Origin: Candidatus Omnitrophota bacterium
GTDB lineage: Bacteria > Omnitrophota > Gorgyraeia > Zapsychrales > JANLHA01
DNA length: 64,000 nucleotides
Assembly: GCA_029560465.1 (NCBI GenBank)
Contig: JAKQKX010000073.1
Coordinates: 15,411-79,410, forward strand
Direction of reading: 5' to 3'
Shown here: piece by piece, positions 38,293-47,994 of the stretch
Numbering within the stretch: position 1 is the first letter of the stretch
How the letters are laid out: each line of letters begins with the position of its first letter
Notes under the pieces: generated by a model
Told to the model about the DNA's origin: nothing
What the model saw: the letters and a program-made list of their open reading frames with translations, nothing else
Database searches by the model: none
Position numbers and translations under genes: made by a program

Positions 38293-38865
38293 TCAATCGT
38301 AAATAAGATGAGAAACGGGAACATCATGGTCTTGAGTCGGCAGGCAATCAAAGACTTGAAATTGAAAAGCAAGGCCTATCGTATGCGTTCGCGGAGGTAA
38401 AGTCGGCAAAAACCGGTCATAATACCCGGCTCCCCGGCCCAAACGATGCCGGGCGCGATCAAAAGCCACTCCTGGAACCACGCAGAGATCAATCTCCTCC
38501 GGAACTAAACACAACTCCGGATCATAAGAAGGCTGTTTAATACCGTAAAGGCCCACTTCCAGATTTTCTAAATTTCCGATAAGCACGGGAATGAGCTGTT
38601 TTGTTTTTTTAAAAATATACGGCAGCCCTATCGTCTTTCCAATATTCTTAGCCTGCTTCATCATGTCTGACGTTTCCACTTCTCCATCAAAGGATACATA
38701 AAAAAGTATTGTCTTAGAATTAAAAAACTCAGGAAGAGCAAAAAGCCTCTCCTGAATCACCAAGCTTTTTCTAAGCCTTTCTTCCTCCTTTTGGTTTCTT
38801 AAATCGTTCAGGACCTGCTTGCGAATCTCCTTTTTTAAACGCTCTGTCACTTCAATAATACCCAC
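38293..38865 (-). CDS. ygfA: 5-formyltetrahydrofolate cyclo-ligase
   Basis: VPGVAFD...RLGRGAGYYDRFL, HDVPV. Confidence 0.93.
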   Translation of the reverse strand: MGIIEVTERLKKEIRKQVLNDLRNQKEEERLRKSLVIQERLFALPEFFNSKTILFYVSFDGEVETSDMMKQAKNIGKTIGLPYIFKKTKQLIPVLIGNLENLEVGLYGIKQPSYDPELCLVPEEIDLCVVPGVAFDRARHRLGRGAGYYDRFLPTLPPRTHTIGLAFQFQVFDCLPTQDHDVPVSHLIYD

Positions 38866-39018
38866 ATGGCAGGTTGTTTGTTTTCCTAATGTCTTCTCTT
38901 ACACACACATACAATCCATATCTTGTGGACTTTTCATAGTATCACTTTTTACTTAAATATACAACTTTAATTTCCCCCAGGCAAGTCAAAATTGCCCCAA
39001 AAGCCTTCGCCACGGAGA

Positions 39019-40374
39019 TTAGTTTTTTTCGTCTTTTTTTACTTTTTCAAGACGGGCCAGCCAGTCCTTAATCTTCCTTTCAACACCCATTTCAGTCGGG
39101 AAATAATACTGTTTCTTTAAATAAACGTACTCTTGATCAACAAAATGATTAGCATAATTATGAGCATACTGATAGCCTTCTCCCCGGCCTAATTTTTGTG
39201 CCCCGGGATAGGAGGAATCCTTCAAATGTAACGGAACTTCTTGTGTCCTATGGGTTTTAATATCTTTTAAAGCGTTTTCCAGCCCCATATAGCTGGCATT
39301 GGATTTAGGCGCGCACGCGACATAAACAGCGGCTTGCGCCAAGGGGATTCTGGCTTCCGGCATGCCAATAAATTCCGAAACCTGCATAGCTGCGCTAGCC
39401 ACTATAAGCGCATGCGGATCCGCGTTTCCAACATCTTCCGCCGCGCAAATACAGATTCTCCGGGCTATAAACCGCGGGTCCTCCCCGGCAACGATCATTT
39501 TTGCCAGCCAGTACAAGGTCGCGTCCGGGTCAGTCCCCCGCATGGATTTGATAAACGCAGAGGCGGTGTCATAATGCGCATCCCCATCCCGGTCATACAC
39601 AAATTTCTTCTGAACAGACTCCCGGGCGACATCAACGGGAAAAAGAACCTCCCCAGAAGGGGACGAAGGAGTCGTTAAGACTCCGATTTCCAGGGCGTTA
39701 AGCGCCTTACGCGCGTCCCCGTCACTCATCTTCGCCAAAAACAGCAGCGCATCCTCATCGGCCTTCACGCGCAGCGCTCCCAAGCCTTTTTCTTTATCAG
39801 TCAGCGCCCGTTTTAAAATTAACACAATCTCCTCATTTCTCAATGCTTTAAGTTCAAAAACAAGGGAGCGGGAAATCAACGGGCCCACCAGGGAAAAATA
39901 GGGATTAAAAACCGTGGCCCCGATTAAAACAATGAGCCCTTCTTCCAGGTCCGGCAAGAGCACTTCCTGCTGGCTTTTATTAAACCGGTGAATTTCATCA
40001 ATGAACAAAATGGTCTTCCTGCCGCTGCTGTGCCAGCGATGCTGACCTGCGGCAAGAATTTTTCTCAACTCCTCGACATTGGACGTAACGGCATTAATCC
40101 GTACAAATGGACACGTGGTGGTGTGGCTAATACAGGCGGCGAGGGTTGTCTTCCCGACCCCCGGGGGGCCGTAGAGGATCAGGGAGCTTAAGCGATCGGC
40201 TTCAATAACGCGGGTCAGCAATTTCCCCGGGCCAAGGATATGTTGTTGGCCCACAATGTCCTTGAGCCGGGACGGCCGCATCCGATAACTTAACGGGGAC
40301 GCTTGTGGAGGAAAGTCATTCGGTCGCTCAACAAAAAGATCGCCGGCGTTTTCGTTCAGGGCCTTTTCTCTCAT
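39019..40374 (-). CDS. rarA: Replication-associated recombination protein A (RarA/MgsA)
   Basis: PL..RMRP, GPPGVGKT, IDEIHRFNK.QQ, SAFIKS.RG.D.D, EDVG.A.P; start set at ATG 40374. Confidence 0.96.
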   Translation of the reverse strand: MREKALNENAGDLFVERPNDFPPQASPLSYRMRPSRLKDIVGQQHILGPGKLLTRVIEADRLSSLILYGPPGVGKTTLAACISHTTTCPFVRINAVTSNVEELRKILAAGQHRWHSSGRKTILFIDEIHRFNKSQQEVLLPDLEEGLIVLIGATVFNPYFSLVGPLISRSLVFELKALRNEEIVLILKRALTDKEKGLGALRVKADEDALLFLAKMSDGDARKALNALEIGVLTTPSSPSGEVLFPVDVARESVQKKFVYDRDGDAHYDTASAFIKSMRGTDPDATLYWLAKMIVAGEDPRFIARRICICAAEDVGNADPHALIVASAAMQVSEFIGMPEARIPLAQAAVYVACAPKSNASYMGLENALKDIKTHRTQEVPLHLKDSSYPGAQKLGRGEGYQYAHNYANHFVDQEYVYLKKQYYFPTEMGVERKIKDWLARLEKVKKDEKN

Positions 40375-40397
40375 GATCAAACATGTTCGTTTCAATA

Positions 40398-40552
40398 AAA
40401 AACCCCACCATGCCGTCGGGCTTTAGAAACGGTGAACCCATTCCCTAAGTGGGAACCTCTCCGGAAAATCCAAGGACTTCCCAGAAGTTTAGCGTCCCGT
40501 CCTAAATGTGTTGGTTCAATTTATAGAGCCACTAACGTACACAGCAGGGCAA
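40398..40552 (-). ncRNA. ssrS: 6S RNA
   Basis: Minus strand CCCTGCTGTG..CGTTAGTGGCT pairs with the 3' end AGCCCGACGGCATGGTGGGG; TGAACC pairs with GGTTCA; A/T-rich central bubble; classic position after pheT and upstream of ygfA/rny; ends approximate. Confidence 0.8.
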
Positions 40553-40557
40553 AAGTT

Positions 40558-40585
40558 ATTATACCATCATTAGGTCTCTTGTAAA
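40558..40585 (-). promoter_or_regulatory. Sigma70 promoter of 6S RNA
   Basis: TTTACA-N16-TATAAT with extended TGn. Confidence 0.7.
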
Positions 40586-40608
40586 ACAAAAGCTAAGAAG
40601 GCAGGGTA

Positions 40609-42639
40609 TTAACGCATGACGACACCCAATTGGTCGATCAAGGCTTGCGCGATATCCCCGTGGGCGATGGAAATATCCTCTTCGGTTAAAGTTTTAAGAG
40701 AGGATCTGTAGACGATGGAAAAAATAAACCCTTTATACCCCGGCTGAATTTTTTCACCGCGGTATTCTTCCAGGAAAGCAACGTCTTCCAAAAGCGCTCC
40801 TCCCTGTTTTAGAATAACCTCTTTCACTTTCTGAAAAGAAACATCCTCTTTGACGGCGAGGCTGATGTCTCGCGTTACGCCCGGGAATTCCGAAAACTTC
40901 TTAAAAGAGGGCTTCTTGCTTGCCAGCTTATATAGGGCTTCAAAATCACATTGAGCATAAAACACCGCCCGATGCTTAATGTCCCATTGCTGCAACAGGC
41001 CCCTGTCCACCTCTCCGACGCGGCCCAGAGCCGTTTTCCCGGCCCGGATACTGGCGCCCGTCCCCTTTTTAAAAAACGGGTCTTCGCATGCCTCATAGAC
41101 AACGGCCGTCAGGCCAAGGCGCGCAAACATTTGATCCAACGCCCCCTTAAGATCATAAAAATCCCACGCCCGATTGTGCAGGGCCCTCCAGTCCTTGTCC
41201 CTCGTTCCGCTGCCCATAACAGCCAGCATCTTGTACTCGGCTTGCCCTAAATAAATTTTTCCGATTTCGAAAATTTTATTGTCTTTCTGTCCGCGATGGA
41301 TATTGCTCCGGACAATCCCTAATAAACTCGGAAAGAGAGACGGGCGCATAACCTCCTGATCCAAAGACAAAGGATTTTTGACCCGGACAACCGGGAGCCC
41401 GGAAAGCCCGCTCTTATCCAAAGAACCCTGGCTGAGCAAAGAATAAGAAACTGTTTCGTTATATCCCTGTCCGATAAAAATATCCCGCAGCTTATGCGCA
41501 AAAGGATATTCCGGCTGTGGCGGGACATTCTGCGCCCGGACCAACGGGAGCGTGAGGGGCAGATTGTCATACCCCACGACCCGAGCGATTTCTTCAATCA
41601 CATCAACGGGGTCTTTAATGTCCGCACGCACGGACGGGGCAACGACCTTTAAAACCCCCGGCCCGCCGGCAGAAACCCGAAAATTCAACTTTTTTAAAAT
41701 AGTGCGGCATTTCGCAACGGTCAATTCGGAGCCTAACAACTCATTGATTTCCATCAAGCTAACAGTCACGCTTTTCCCCTGGGCCCGCACCCGGCCAGGA
41801 TTAACGTCCCTCCGGGCGACAACGCCCCCGCCGGCTTCAGTCAAGATCAAAGAAACGGCCCGGGCGGCCCCGGCTTCGACGGTGGCAAAATCCACGCCGC
41901 GCTCAAAACGATACGAGGAGTCGCTCTTAAGGCCGAGCAGCCTCGACGCCCTCCGGATTAAAACCGGATCAAAATAAGCGCTCTCCAGAAGAATCTTCCG
42001 GGTCTGGTTGGTCACTTCCGTGGCCAGCCCCCCCATAATTCCGGCAATGGCCACCGGGCGCTGTGCGTCAGCGATCACCAAAACCGACGGGTCCAACGCG
42101 CGCTCCACTCCATCCAAGGTCACAATCTTTTCTCCAGCTTTCGCCCGGCGCACAACAATCTTTCCCCCAATCAATTTGTCGTAATCAAAAGCGTGCAACG
42201 GCTGCCCGGTTTCCAGGAGGCAAAAATTAGTAATATCCACGACGTTATTAATTAACCGGCCACCCAAAGCAGACAAACGGGTTCCTATCCAGTCCGGGGA
42301 GGCTTTCACCTGCACAGGCTCAAGGACCGTTCCAATATACCGGCCGCAGTCTTTCTGATCGGCGATTTCAATATCGCATCTCGTCTTAGGATAAAGCAAT
42401 TTTTTAACTTTAGGAAGCTTTAAAGGCTTGTCTAAAACCGCCGAGAGTTCCCGGGCAATCCCCTGAAAATTCAAACAATCCGGGCGGTTGGGCGTGACCT
42501 CCATCTCCAAAATAACATCATCCCCGGCGTCTTCAATTTTTTCCACTTCCAGGCCGGCCATCGTTAATTTGTGCGCCAATTTTTCCGCCGGGAGCTGAAA
42601 GGACACATAATCTTTAAGCCATTTGATGCTGATCTTCAT
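40609..42639 (-). CDS. pheT: Phenylalanine--tRNA ligase beta subunit (lacks B2 OB-fold)
   Basis: TPNRPD, GQPLHAFD, S.RFERGVD, DVIEEIAR..GY, RDISL; 676 aa. Confidence 0.96.
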   Translation of the reverse strand: MKISIKWLKDYVSFQLPAEKLAHKLTMAGLEVEKIEDAGDDVILEMEVTPNRPDCLNFQGIARELSAVLDKPLKLPKVKKLLYPKTRCDIEIADQKDCGRYIGTVLEPVQVKASPDWIGTRLSALGGRLINNVVDITNFCLLETGQPLHAFDYDKLIGGKIVVRRAKAGEKIVTLDGVERALDPSVLVIADAQRPVAIAGIMGGLATEVTNQTRKILLESAYFDPVLIRRASRLLGLKSDSSYRFERGVDFATVEAGAARAVSLILTEAGGGVVARRDVNPGRVRAQGKSVTVSLMEINELLGSELTVAKCRTILKKLNFRVSAGGPGVLKVVAPSVRADIKDPVDVIEEIARVVGYDNLPLTLPLVRAQNVPPQPEYPFAHKLRDIFIGQGYNETVSYSLLSQGSLDKSGLSGLPVVRVKNPLSLDQEVMRPSLFPSLLGIVRSNIHRGQKDNKIFEIGKIYLGQAEYKMLAVMGSGTRDKDWRALHNRAWDFYDLKGALDQMFARLGLTAVVYEACEDPFFKKGTGASIRAGKTALGRVGEVDRGLLQQWDIKHRAVFYAQCDFEALYKLASKKPSFKKFSEFPGVTRDISLAVKEDVSFQKVKEVILKQGGALLEDVAFLEEYRGEKIQPGYKGFIFSIVYRSSLKTLTEEDISIAHGDIAQALIDQLGVVMR

Positions 42640-42654
42640 GGGAATGTCTTCTCG

Positions 42655-43686
42655 CTAAAATTGATTTAAAAACCGGTTGTCGTTTTCAAAAAAGATTCGG
42701 ATATCGTGAATGCCATATTTAAGCATCGCCATCCGTTCAACCCCCAGCCCGAAAGCCAGTCCCGTGTATTTCCCTTTTGGATAGTTGACGGCGGAAAACA
42801 CCTTAGGGTTCACCATGCCGCAACCCAAAATTTCCAGCCACCCTTTGCGCCCGCAAACGGAACAGCCTTTTCCTTTGCAGATATAACAGGAGATGTCCAC
42901 TTCGGCGGAGGGTTCGGTAAACGGAAAAAAATGGGGACGAAACCGCATGATGATTTCTTCACCGAAAAACCGCTTGCAAAAAACCGTTAAAAGCCCTTTA
43001 AGGTCAGAAAATTTCACGTGCTCATCTACCAACAACCCTTCTATCTGATAAAACATGAAGGAATGGCTAGCATCGACCGCGTCAGGCCGATATACTTTTC
43101 CAGGAATCACCACCGCCAGGGGGGGCGCGTATTTTTCCATAATACAAATCTGCCCCGGAGAGGTGTGAGACCGCAACAACAGGTGCCGGCCCGGGTTCCC
43201 GGGATCCTTAGATTCCAAATAAAACGTATCAAAGGCGTCGCGCGAGGGATGGTCCACCGGAATATTAAGGGCGGAAAAATTATGAAACTCCGTTTCCATT
43301 TCCGGCCCTTCCTGGACAACAAAACCCAACCCGACAAAAATCTGGCAAATATCGTCAATGATCTGGGTTAAAATATGTTTGTGCCCCAAAACAGGCGCGA
43401 CCCCAGGCAAAGTCACGTCAATCCGTTGTGTCGGATCGAAAGTTTCCTCCTGCACCCGCTTTTTAATGCCCTCGAGCGCTTCGGTTATCCGAGCACGCAA
43501 CTGATTGGCCCCTTTGCCGATCAACGGTTTTTCTTCAGGAGAGGCTTGCGAGAGGCTGGCAAAAATTTCCGGCAACAGTCCTTTTCGCCCCAAGTACTTG
43601 ACCCGGAGGGCTTCCGCCTCATCCAAATCCCGGCAAGCGTCTATTTCCTGCAAAGCCTTTTGCTGAATATCGTCGAAATTCCACAT
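42655..43686 (-). CDS. pheS: Phenylalanine--tRNA ligase alpha subunit
   Basis: HPSR...DTFY, RSHTSP.Q, FPFTEPS, GLAFGLGVER. Confidence 0.98.
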   Translation of the reverse strand: MWNFDDIQQKALQEIDACRDLDEAEALRVKYLGRKGLLPEIFASLSQASPEEKPLIGKGANQLRARITEALEGIKKRVQEETFDPTQRIDVTLPGVAPVLGHKHILTQIIDDICQIFVGLGFVVQEGPEMETEFHNFSALNIPVDHPSRDAFDTFYLESKDPGNPGRHLLLRSHTSPGQICIMEKYAPPLAVVIPGKVYRPDAVDASHSFMFYQIEGLLVDEHVKFSDLKGLLTVFCKRFFGEEIIMRFRPHFFPFTEPSAEVDISCYICKGKGCSVCGRKGWLEILGCGMVNPKVFSAVNYPKGKYTGLAFGLGVERMAMLKYGIHDIRIFFENDNRFLNQF

Positions 43687-43775
43687 CTTTTTGGTTCCTC
43701 AACAAAAAATAATGGTCCATTATACCATCTTTTTATTTGTCCGAAAAGCCCTTTCCTGCGCCACTGACAGTTCCA

Positions 43776-45227
43776 TCATTTTCTCCATGCCGCGGGGACC
43801 AGTAAAATCAAAATGGAATACAGCTCTAATCGTCCGGCCAGCATGAGGAGCATCAGCATCCATTTGCCCGGCACGGAAATCCAGGCATAATTATGCGCGG
43901 CTCCGACTTTGGCCAACCCCGGGCCGACGTTGCTCAAGCTCGACAAAGAGGCGGAAAACGCAGTCTCAAGATCACATTGGTCTGTTATCGTCAACATCAG
44001 TCCGCCCAGGAAAAACAAAAAAACAAAAATAAAAAAATGCGCCAAAATACCGGAAGTCAAATGAGGAAGAACCGGCTTGCCGTCTATCTTCACGGGAAGC
44101 ACCGCGTTGGGAAAAAGAGCCTGTGTCAAGGACCCCCAGGCCATTTTGGCCGCCAGGACGACACGCCCCATTTTAAAGCCACCGCCCATAGAACCACTGC
44201 AAGCGCCGAAAAACATAAGGAGCAGGAGGCTAAACTTCACAAATACAGGCCACCGGTCAAAATCCGCCGTCGTAAATCCCGTCGTTGTTAATAAAGACAC
44301 CACCTGAAAAACCGTGTCCCGAACTGGATATGCGGCCCCGCCCGCAAAGCCCAAAACAACAAAGGTCAAAATTGCGACCAACGTCACCCCAGCGTAAACC
44401 CGGAATTCCTCACATTTCAAATACGCTTTAAACTCCCCTCTAAAAGCGCAAAAATGCAACATAAAATTTGTCCCTGCTAAAAACATAAACACAAGGATAA
44501 CCCATTGCACATAAGATCCGAAGGCGCCGATCCCCGCGTTCCGGGTAGAAAACGCGCCGGTCGCTACGGTGCCGAACGTGTGGCAGAGCGCGTCAAAAAA
44601 GGACATCCTCCCTAGCATCAACAGGCCGATTTCCGCCAAGGAAAGAACGCAATAGACCGCCCCGAAGATTTTTGCCGTTTCCTTGACGCTCGGCTGGATA
44701 CGCTCGGCTGTGCCGCCGAAAAATTCCGCTTTAAATAATCGAAAAGAGCTTTGTCCATAAGCCGGAAGAACCGCCAGATCAAGAACAATAATACCCATTC
44801 CTCCCAACCACTGCGTCAGGCTTCTCCAAAAAAGCACGCCGCGCGGCAAGCGTTCGACATTTGTGATAATCGTGGCTCCCGTTGTCGTGAATCCGCTGAC
44901 AGCCTCAAAGAAAGCGTCTGTAAATCCCTCAACGCTGCCGCTGAAGTACAGCGGCAACGCCCCAAAAAACGAAAGCCCAATCCACGAAAGCCCGACAATC
45001 GCCAGTCCGTCTTTCGCGTTAAGTTTCTGGTATTCCTCTTTTTTAAACCGAAATAAACGCCGGGACAGAAAGGATATGACCAGCCCGACGATAATCGTTA
45101 AAAGAAACGCTCGAACTTCCAGGCTGGATGGATCATCGCTCCAGGCCCATGCGAGCGGGGCCAGGAGGAACAGAGAAACAATTAAGAACATCCGGGAAAT
45201 CGTTGAGAAAACAAGGCGTTTGTGCAC
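43776..45227 (-). CDS. trkH: TrkH potassium uptake channel
   Basis: SGFTTTGAT, WLGGMGII, TTTGF, SNVGPG, GRLEL. Confidence 0.95.
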   Translation of the reverse strand: MHKRLVFSTISRMFLIVSLFLLAPLAWAWSDDPSSLEVRAFLLTIIVGLVISFLSRRLFRFKKEEYQKLNAKDGLAIVGLSWIGLSFFGALPLYFSGSVEGFTDAFFEAVSGFTTTGATIITNVERLPRGVLFWRSLTQWLGGMGIIVLDLAVLPAYGQSSFRLFKAEFFGGTAERIQPSVKETAKIFGAVYCVLSLAEIGLLMLGRMSFFDALCHTFGTVATGAFSTRNAGIGAFGSYVQWVILVFMFLAGTNFMLHFCAFRGEFKAYLKCEEFRVYAGVTLVAILTFVVLGFAGGAAYPVRDTVFQVVSLLTTTGFTTADFDRWPVFVKFSLLLLMFFGACSGSMGGGFKMGRVVLAAKMAWGSLTQALFPNAVLPVKIDGKPVLPHLTSGILAHFFIFVFLFFLGGLMLTITDQCDLETAFSASLSSLSNVGPGLAKVGAAHNYAWISVPGKWMLMLLMLAGRLELYSILILLVPAAWRK

Positions 45228-45232
45228 GGCGA

Positions 45233-46588
45233 TTATGCCTTTTGTTTGACAAATAATTTCGTCAATTTTTGAACGGCATTATCCTGACAAAAAACAATCA
45301 CGCGTTCGCCGGCTTTAATTTGCGTTTCTCCGTTGGCTAAAAAAGCCTCCCCTCCAACAGTGATCGCACCAACAATAGAATTTTTTGGGAAAGAGATGTT
45401 TTTAATCAGGGCCCTTGTCACCGGAGAACCCGCGTCCGGGACAAACTCCAGGACCTCAGCCTTGCAATCCAAAAGCTTGATCATAGAACGAACGCCCTTC
45501 CCACGAACAAAGCGCAATATTTGCTGAACGGCCAGAAGACGCGGGGTAATAATCACATCGATATTCAACGCATCAATAATCGACAGGTAGGCCGGCTGCT
45601 GGCTGACGATAATGGTGGTTTTCGCGCCCATTCTTTTCGCCAGCACAGAGCTGATCAGATTTGAATGATCCTGGGAAGAAGCCGCGACAAAGACGTCTGC
45701 CGCTTCAATGCCGGCTTCCTTCAGCATATCGGGTTCCGCGGCAGAGCCATTGATAATCTGGGTCTCTTCCAAGAGGCTGGCGGCATTCTCAGCTAAAGCG
45801 CCATTTTCGTCGAGCAAAACAATATCCCTGATGATCGGGGTCAAACCTTGAGCAACGCGTATGCCAATATCAGACGCGCCGTAGATCACCGCTTTCTTGG
45901 GCTTTCGGATCGTCGGATCCACAAACGTAAGAAATTCGCCTAAAGAACCTGCCGGAAGCAGAACATAAATCCGATCGCCGACTTTAAGCGTATTGGCTCC
46001 TTTGGGAATGATCACCGTCCCGTCCCTGATGACAAAAACAATCAAAAACGGCCAAGGAAAATCGTTTGGATTAACTTCCTCTAATTTAATATTGCATAAC
46101 GGAGAGCTCTCCGGAAGCTCAAAGGCTCTCAATAATATCCGTCCATCGACAAAATCAGCGACTTCCCGCGCTCCGGGTGTCTCAATTGTTCTCACGATAG
46201 ACCGGGACGCGACCTCTTCCGGATTAATAATTTCATCGAGATGAAAAAGAGAGAGGCCCGACCGTAACAGCTCTTTACTCAAAGAACTGTTCCTCACCCG
46301 GGCAATCCTCCGTTTGGCGCCCAAAGAAGAAGCCAAGACACACACAGTTAAATTAACTTCATCTGACGTCGTGACCGCAACAACCAGATCCGCGCCCCCA
46401 GTCAGCACCTGTTTGAGTATTTCGGGATCCGCCCCGCTTCCGGTCACAATTTTAACATCCATTTTTTCCTGGATCTTCCGGACCGTCTCTTCATTCTGCT
46501 CGATTAAAAAAACTTCGTGATTCTCTTCCGTGAGAAAGCGTGCCAAATTAGAGCCGATTTCGCCTGCCCCGACGACAATAATTTTCAT
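45233..46588 (-). CDS. trkA: TrkA potassium uptake regulatory subunit (tandem RCK)
   Basis: IIVVGAGEIG, VTTSDEVN, INPE; second RCK_N/RCK_C pair. Confidence 0.95.
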   Translation of the reverse strand: MKIIVVGAGEIGSNLARFLTEENHEVFLIEQNEETVRKIQEKMDVKIVTGSGADPEILKQVLTGGADLVVAVTTSDEVNLTVCVLASSLGAKRRIARVRNSSLSKELLRSGLSLFHLDEIINPEEVASRSIVRTIETPGAREVADFVDGRILLRAFELPESSPLCNIKLEEVNPNDFPWPFLIVFVIRDGTVIIPKGANTLKVGDRIYVLLPAGSLGEFLTFVDPTIRKPKKAVIYGASDIGIRVAQGLTPIIRDIVLLDENGALAENAASLLEETQIINGSAAEPDMLKEAGIEAADVFVAASSQDHSNLISSVLAKRMGAKTTIIVSQQPAYLSIIDALNIDVIITPRLLAVQQILRFVRGKGVRSMIKLLDCKAEVLEFVPDAGSPVTRALIKNISFPKNSIVGAITVGGEAFLANGETQIKAGERVIVFCQDNAVQKLTKLFVKQKA

Positions 46589-46753
46589 TATTCGCTCTTC
46601 CTGCGTTATGCTGGCTAACGCCTGATTGTATTATCCTTCCTCTCATAAAAAGACAGGACCCTATATTCTAGGGCCCTGAAAAAAATCATGTCTGTTGGTT
46701 CGACATAAACAAAAAATCGTGTTAAGGTTTCTCCCCGCAAGACGCAAATTGTT

Positions 46754-47125
46754 TTATGCCCCGGCTTTATTCACCACCGCATTCCGGGCGACAGCCACAA
46801 GCTCCTTAAAAGTATCAGGAGAATGAACCGCCAAGTCCGCAAGTATTTTCCGATTAATATCAACACCGGCAACGCTCAGCCCGTTCATAAACCGGCTGTA
46901 CATGATCCCGTTTTCCTGACAGGCCGCGTTAATACGAATGATCCACAATCCTCTAAACTCCCGTTTTTTAACTTTACGGTCCCGGTATGAATACGCCATA
47001 CCTTTAATGATCGACCGCTTCGCCTGCGAAAAATGCTTACTCCGGTGGCCAAATTGCCCCTTCGCAGCCTTCAACACCCGTTTTTTTCTCTTTCTCGACG
47101 GAACCGCCGTTCGCACTCTAACCAT
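46754..47125 (-). CDS. rplT: 50S ribosomal protein L20
   Basis: AKG..G.RS, YRDRK.KKR.FR.LWI.RINAA. Confidence 0.98.
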   Translation of the reverse strand: MVRVRTAVPSRKRKKRVLKAAKGQFGHRSKHFSQAKRSIIKGMAYSYRDRKVKKREFRGLWIIRINAACQENGIMYSRFMNGLSVAGVDINRKILADLAVHSPDTFKELVAVARNAVVNKAGA

Positions 47126-47315
47126 AAGGCAACAACCTCCTTATCTTCTTCTCATTCGCAGCAGATAAATACCCGCTTTTTCTCAACGCTCGTTTTCTCT
47201 TCCGTGTCTTTTTGCCAAGAATATGCTTTCTTCCGGCAGCAACTTTTTTAACCTTACCGCTTTTGGTTATTTTAAACCTTTTGGCGGCAGACCTGTTTGT
47301 CTTCAGTTTTGGCAT
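47118..47315 (-). CDS. rpmI: 50S ribosomal protein L35
   Basis: MPKLKTNRSAAKRFKIT..GKVK, HIL.KK; start at ATG 47315. Confidence 0.97.
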   Translation of the reverse strand: MPKLKTNRSAAKRFKITKSGKVKKVAAGRKHILGKKTRKRKRALRKSGYLSAANEKKIRRLLPYG

Positions 47316-47438
47316 TCCTTTATCCCTCCTCACCCTCACCGCTAAGAGGCGACGCGCGCCAACCTCTTGCTGAACTTTCTTCTTTCGCAAATATCAAACA
47401 TTCTCTCCGCCATACAGGACACCCCACAGGATGATGGC

Positions 47439-47957
47439 TTATTTCTTATCTGACTTTGGAGAAAAAACAACCGACATAATCCTGCCTTCCATGATCGGGG
47501 ACTTCTCCGGCAGGCCATGCTCAGCGGTATCAGCGATAAAACGTTCCAGAATTTGCCGGCCCTGCTCCTTAAACGAAAGCTCCCGGCCCCGGAACATGAG
47601 ATTTACTTTTACTTTATCTTTTTTTTCTAAAAATGTTTTAACCTGTTTCAATTTTATTTGATAATCCCCTTCATCAATATGGGGCTTGACTCGAATTTGC
47701 TTAAGATGCGTGATTTTCTGATTCTTTTTAACACGCCGTTCTTTCTTTTCCTGATCATATTTGTACTTGCTAAAATCCATGATCCGGCACACCGGCGGTT
47801 TCGCTGTTGGAGCCACCTCGACAAGATCCAATTCATTGGCCTCTGCCAACTCGAGGGCTCGTTTAATCATCACAACACCTAACTGCTCGGAATTCGGGCC
47901 AATCACCCTGACTTCCGGGACCCTAATGCGATCATTGACACGGATGTTCTTTTGAAT
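47439..47957 (-). CDS. infC: Translation initiation factor IF-3 (AUU start)
   Basis: IRVPEVRVI, LDLVEVAP.A.PPVC.IMD, FRGRE; the GTG at 47966 lies inside the SD AGGAGGTG, while ATT at 47957 is correctly spaced. Confidence 0.96.
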   Translation of the reverse strand: MQKNIRVNDRIRVPEVRVIGPNSEQLGVVMIKRALELAEANELDLVEVAPTAKPPVCRIMDFSKYKYDQEKKERRVKKNQKITHLKQIRVKPHIDEGDYQIKLKQVKTFLEKKDKVKVNLMFRGRELSFKEQGRQILERFIADTAEHGLPEKSPIMEGRIMSVVFSPKSDKK

Positions 47958-47994
47958 AACAATCACCTCCTAACATCTTTTTCGTTAATAAAAC

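Noticed and set aside
43011-43022. Partial parS-like TTTCACGTG inside pheS
   Set aside because: Only one half-site matches; not palindromic beyond the core
47316-47438. L20 leader between infC and rpmI
   Set aside because: Position and hairpins are plausible, but I cannot match the consensus without a covariance model
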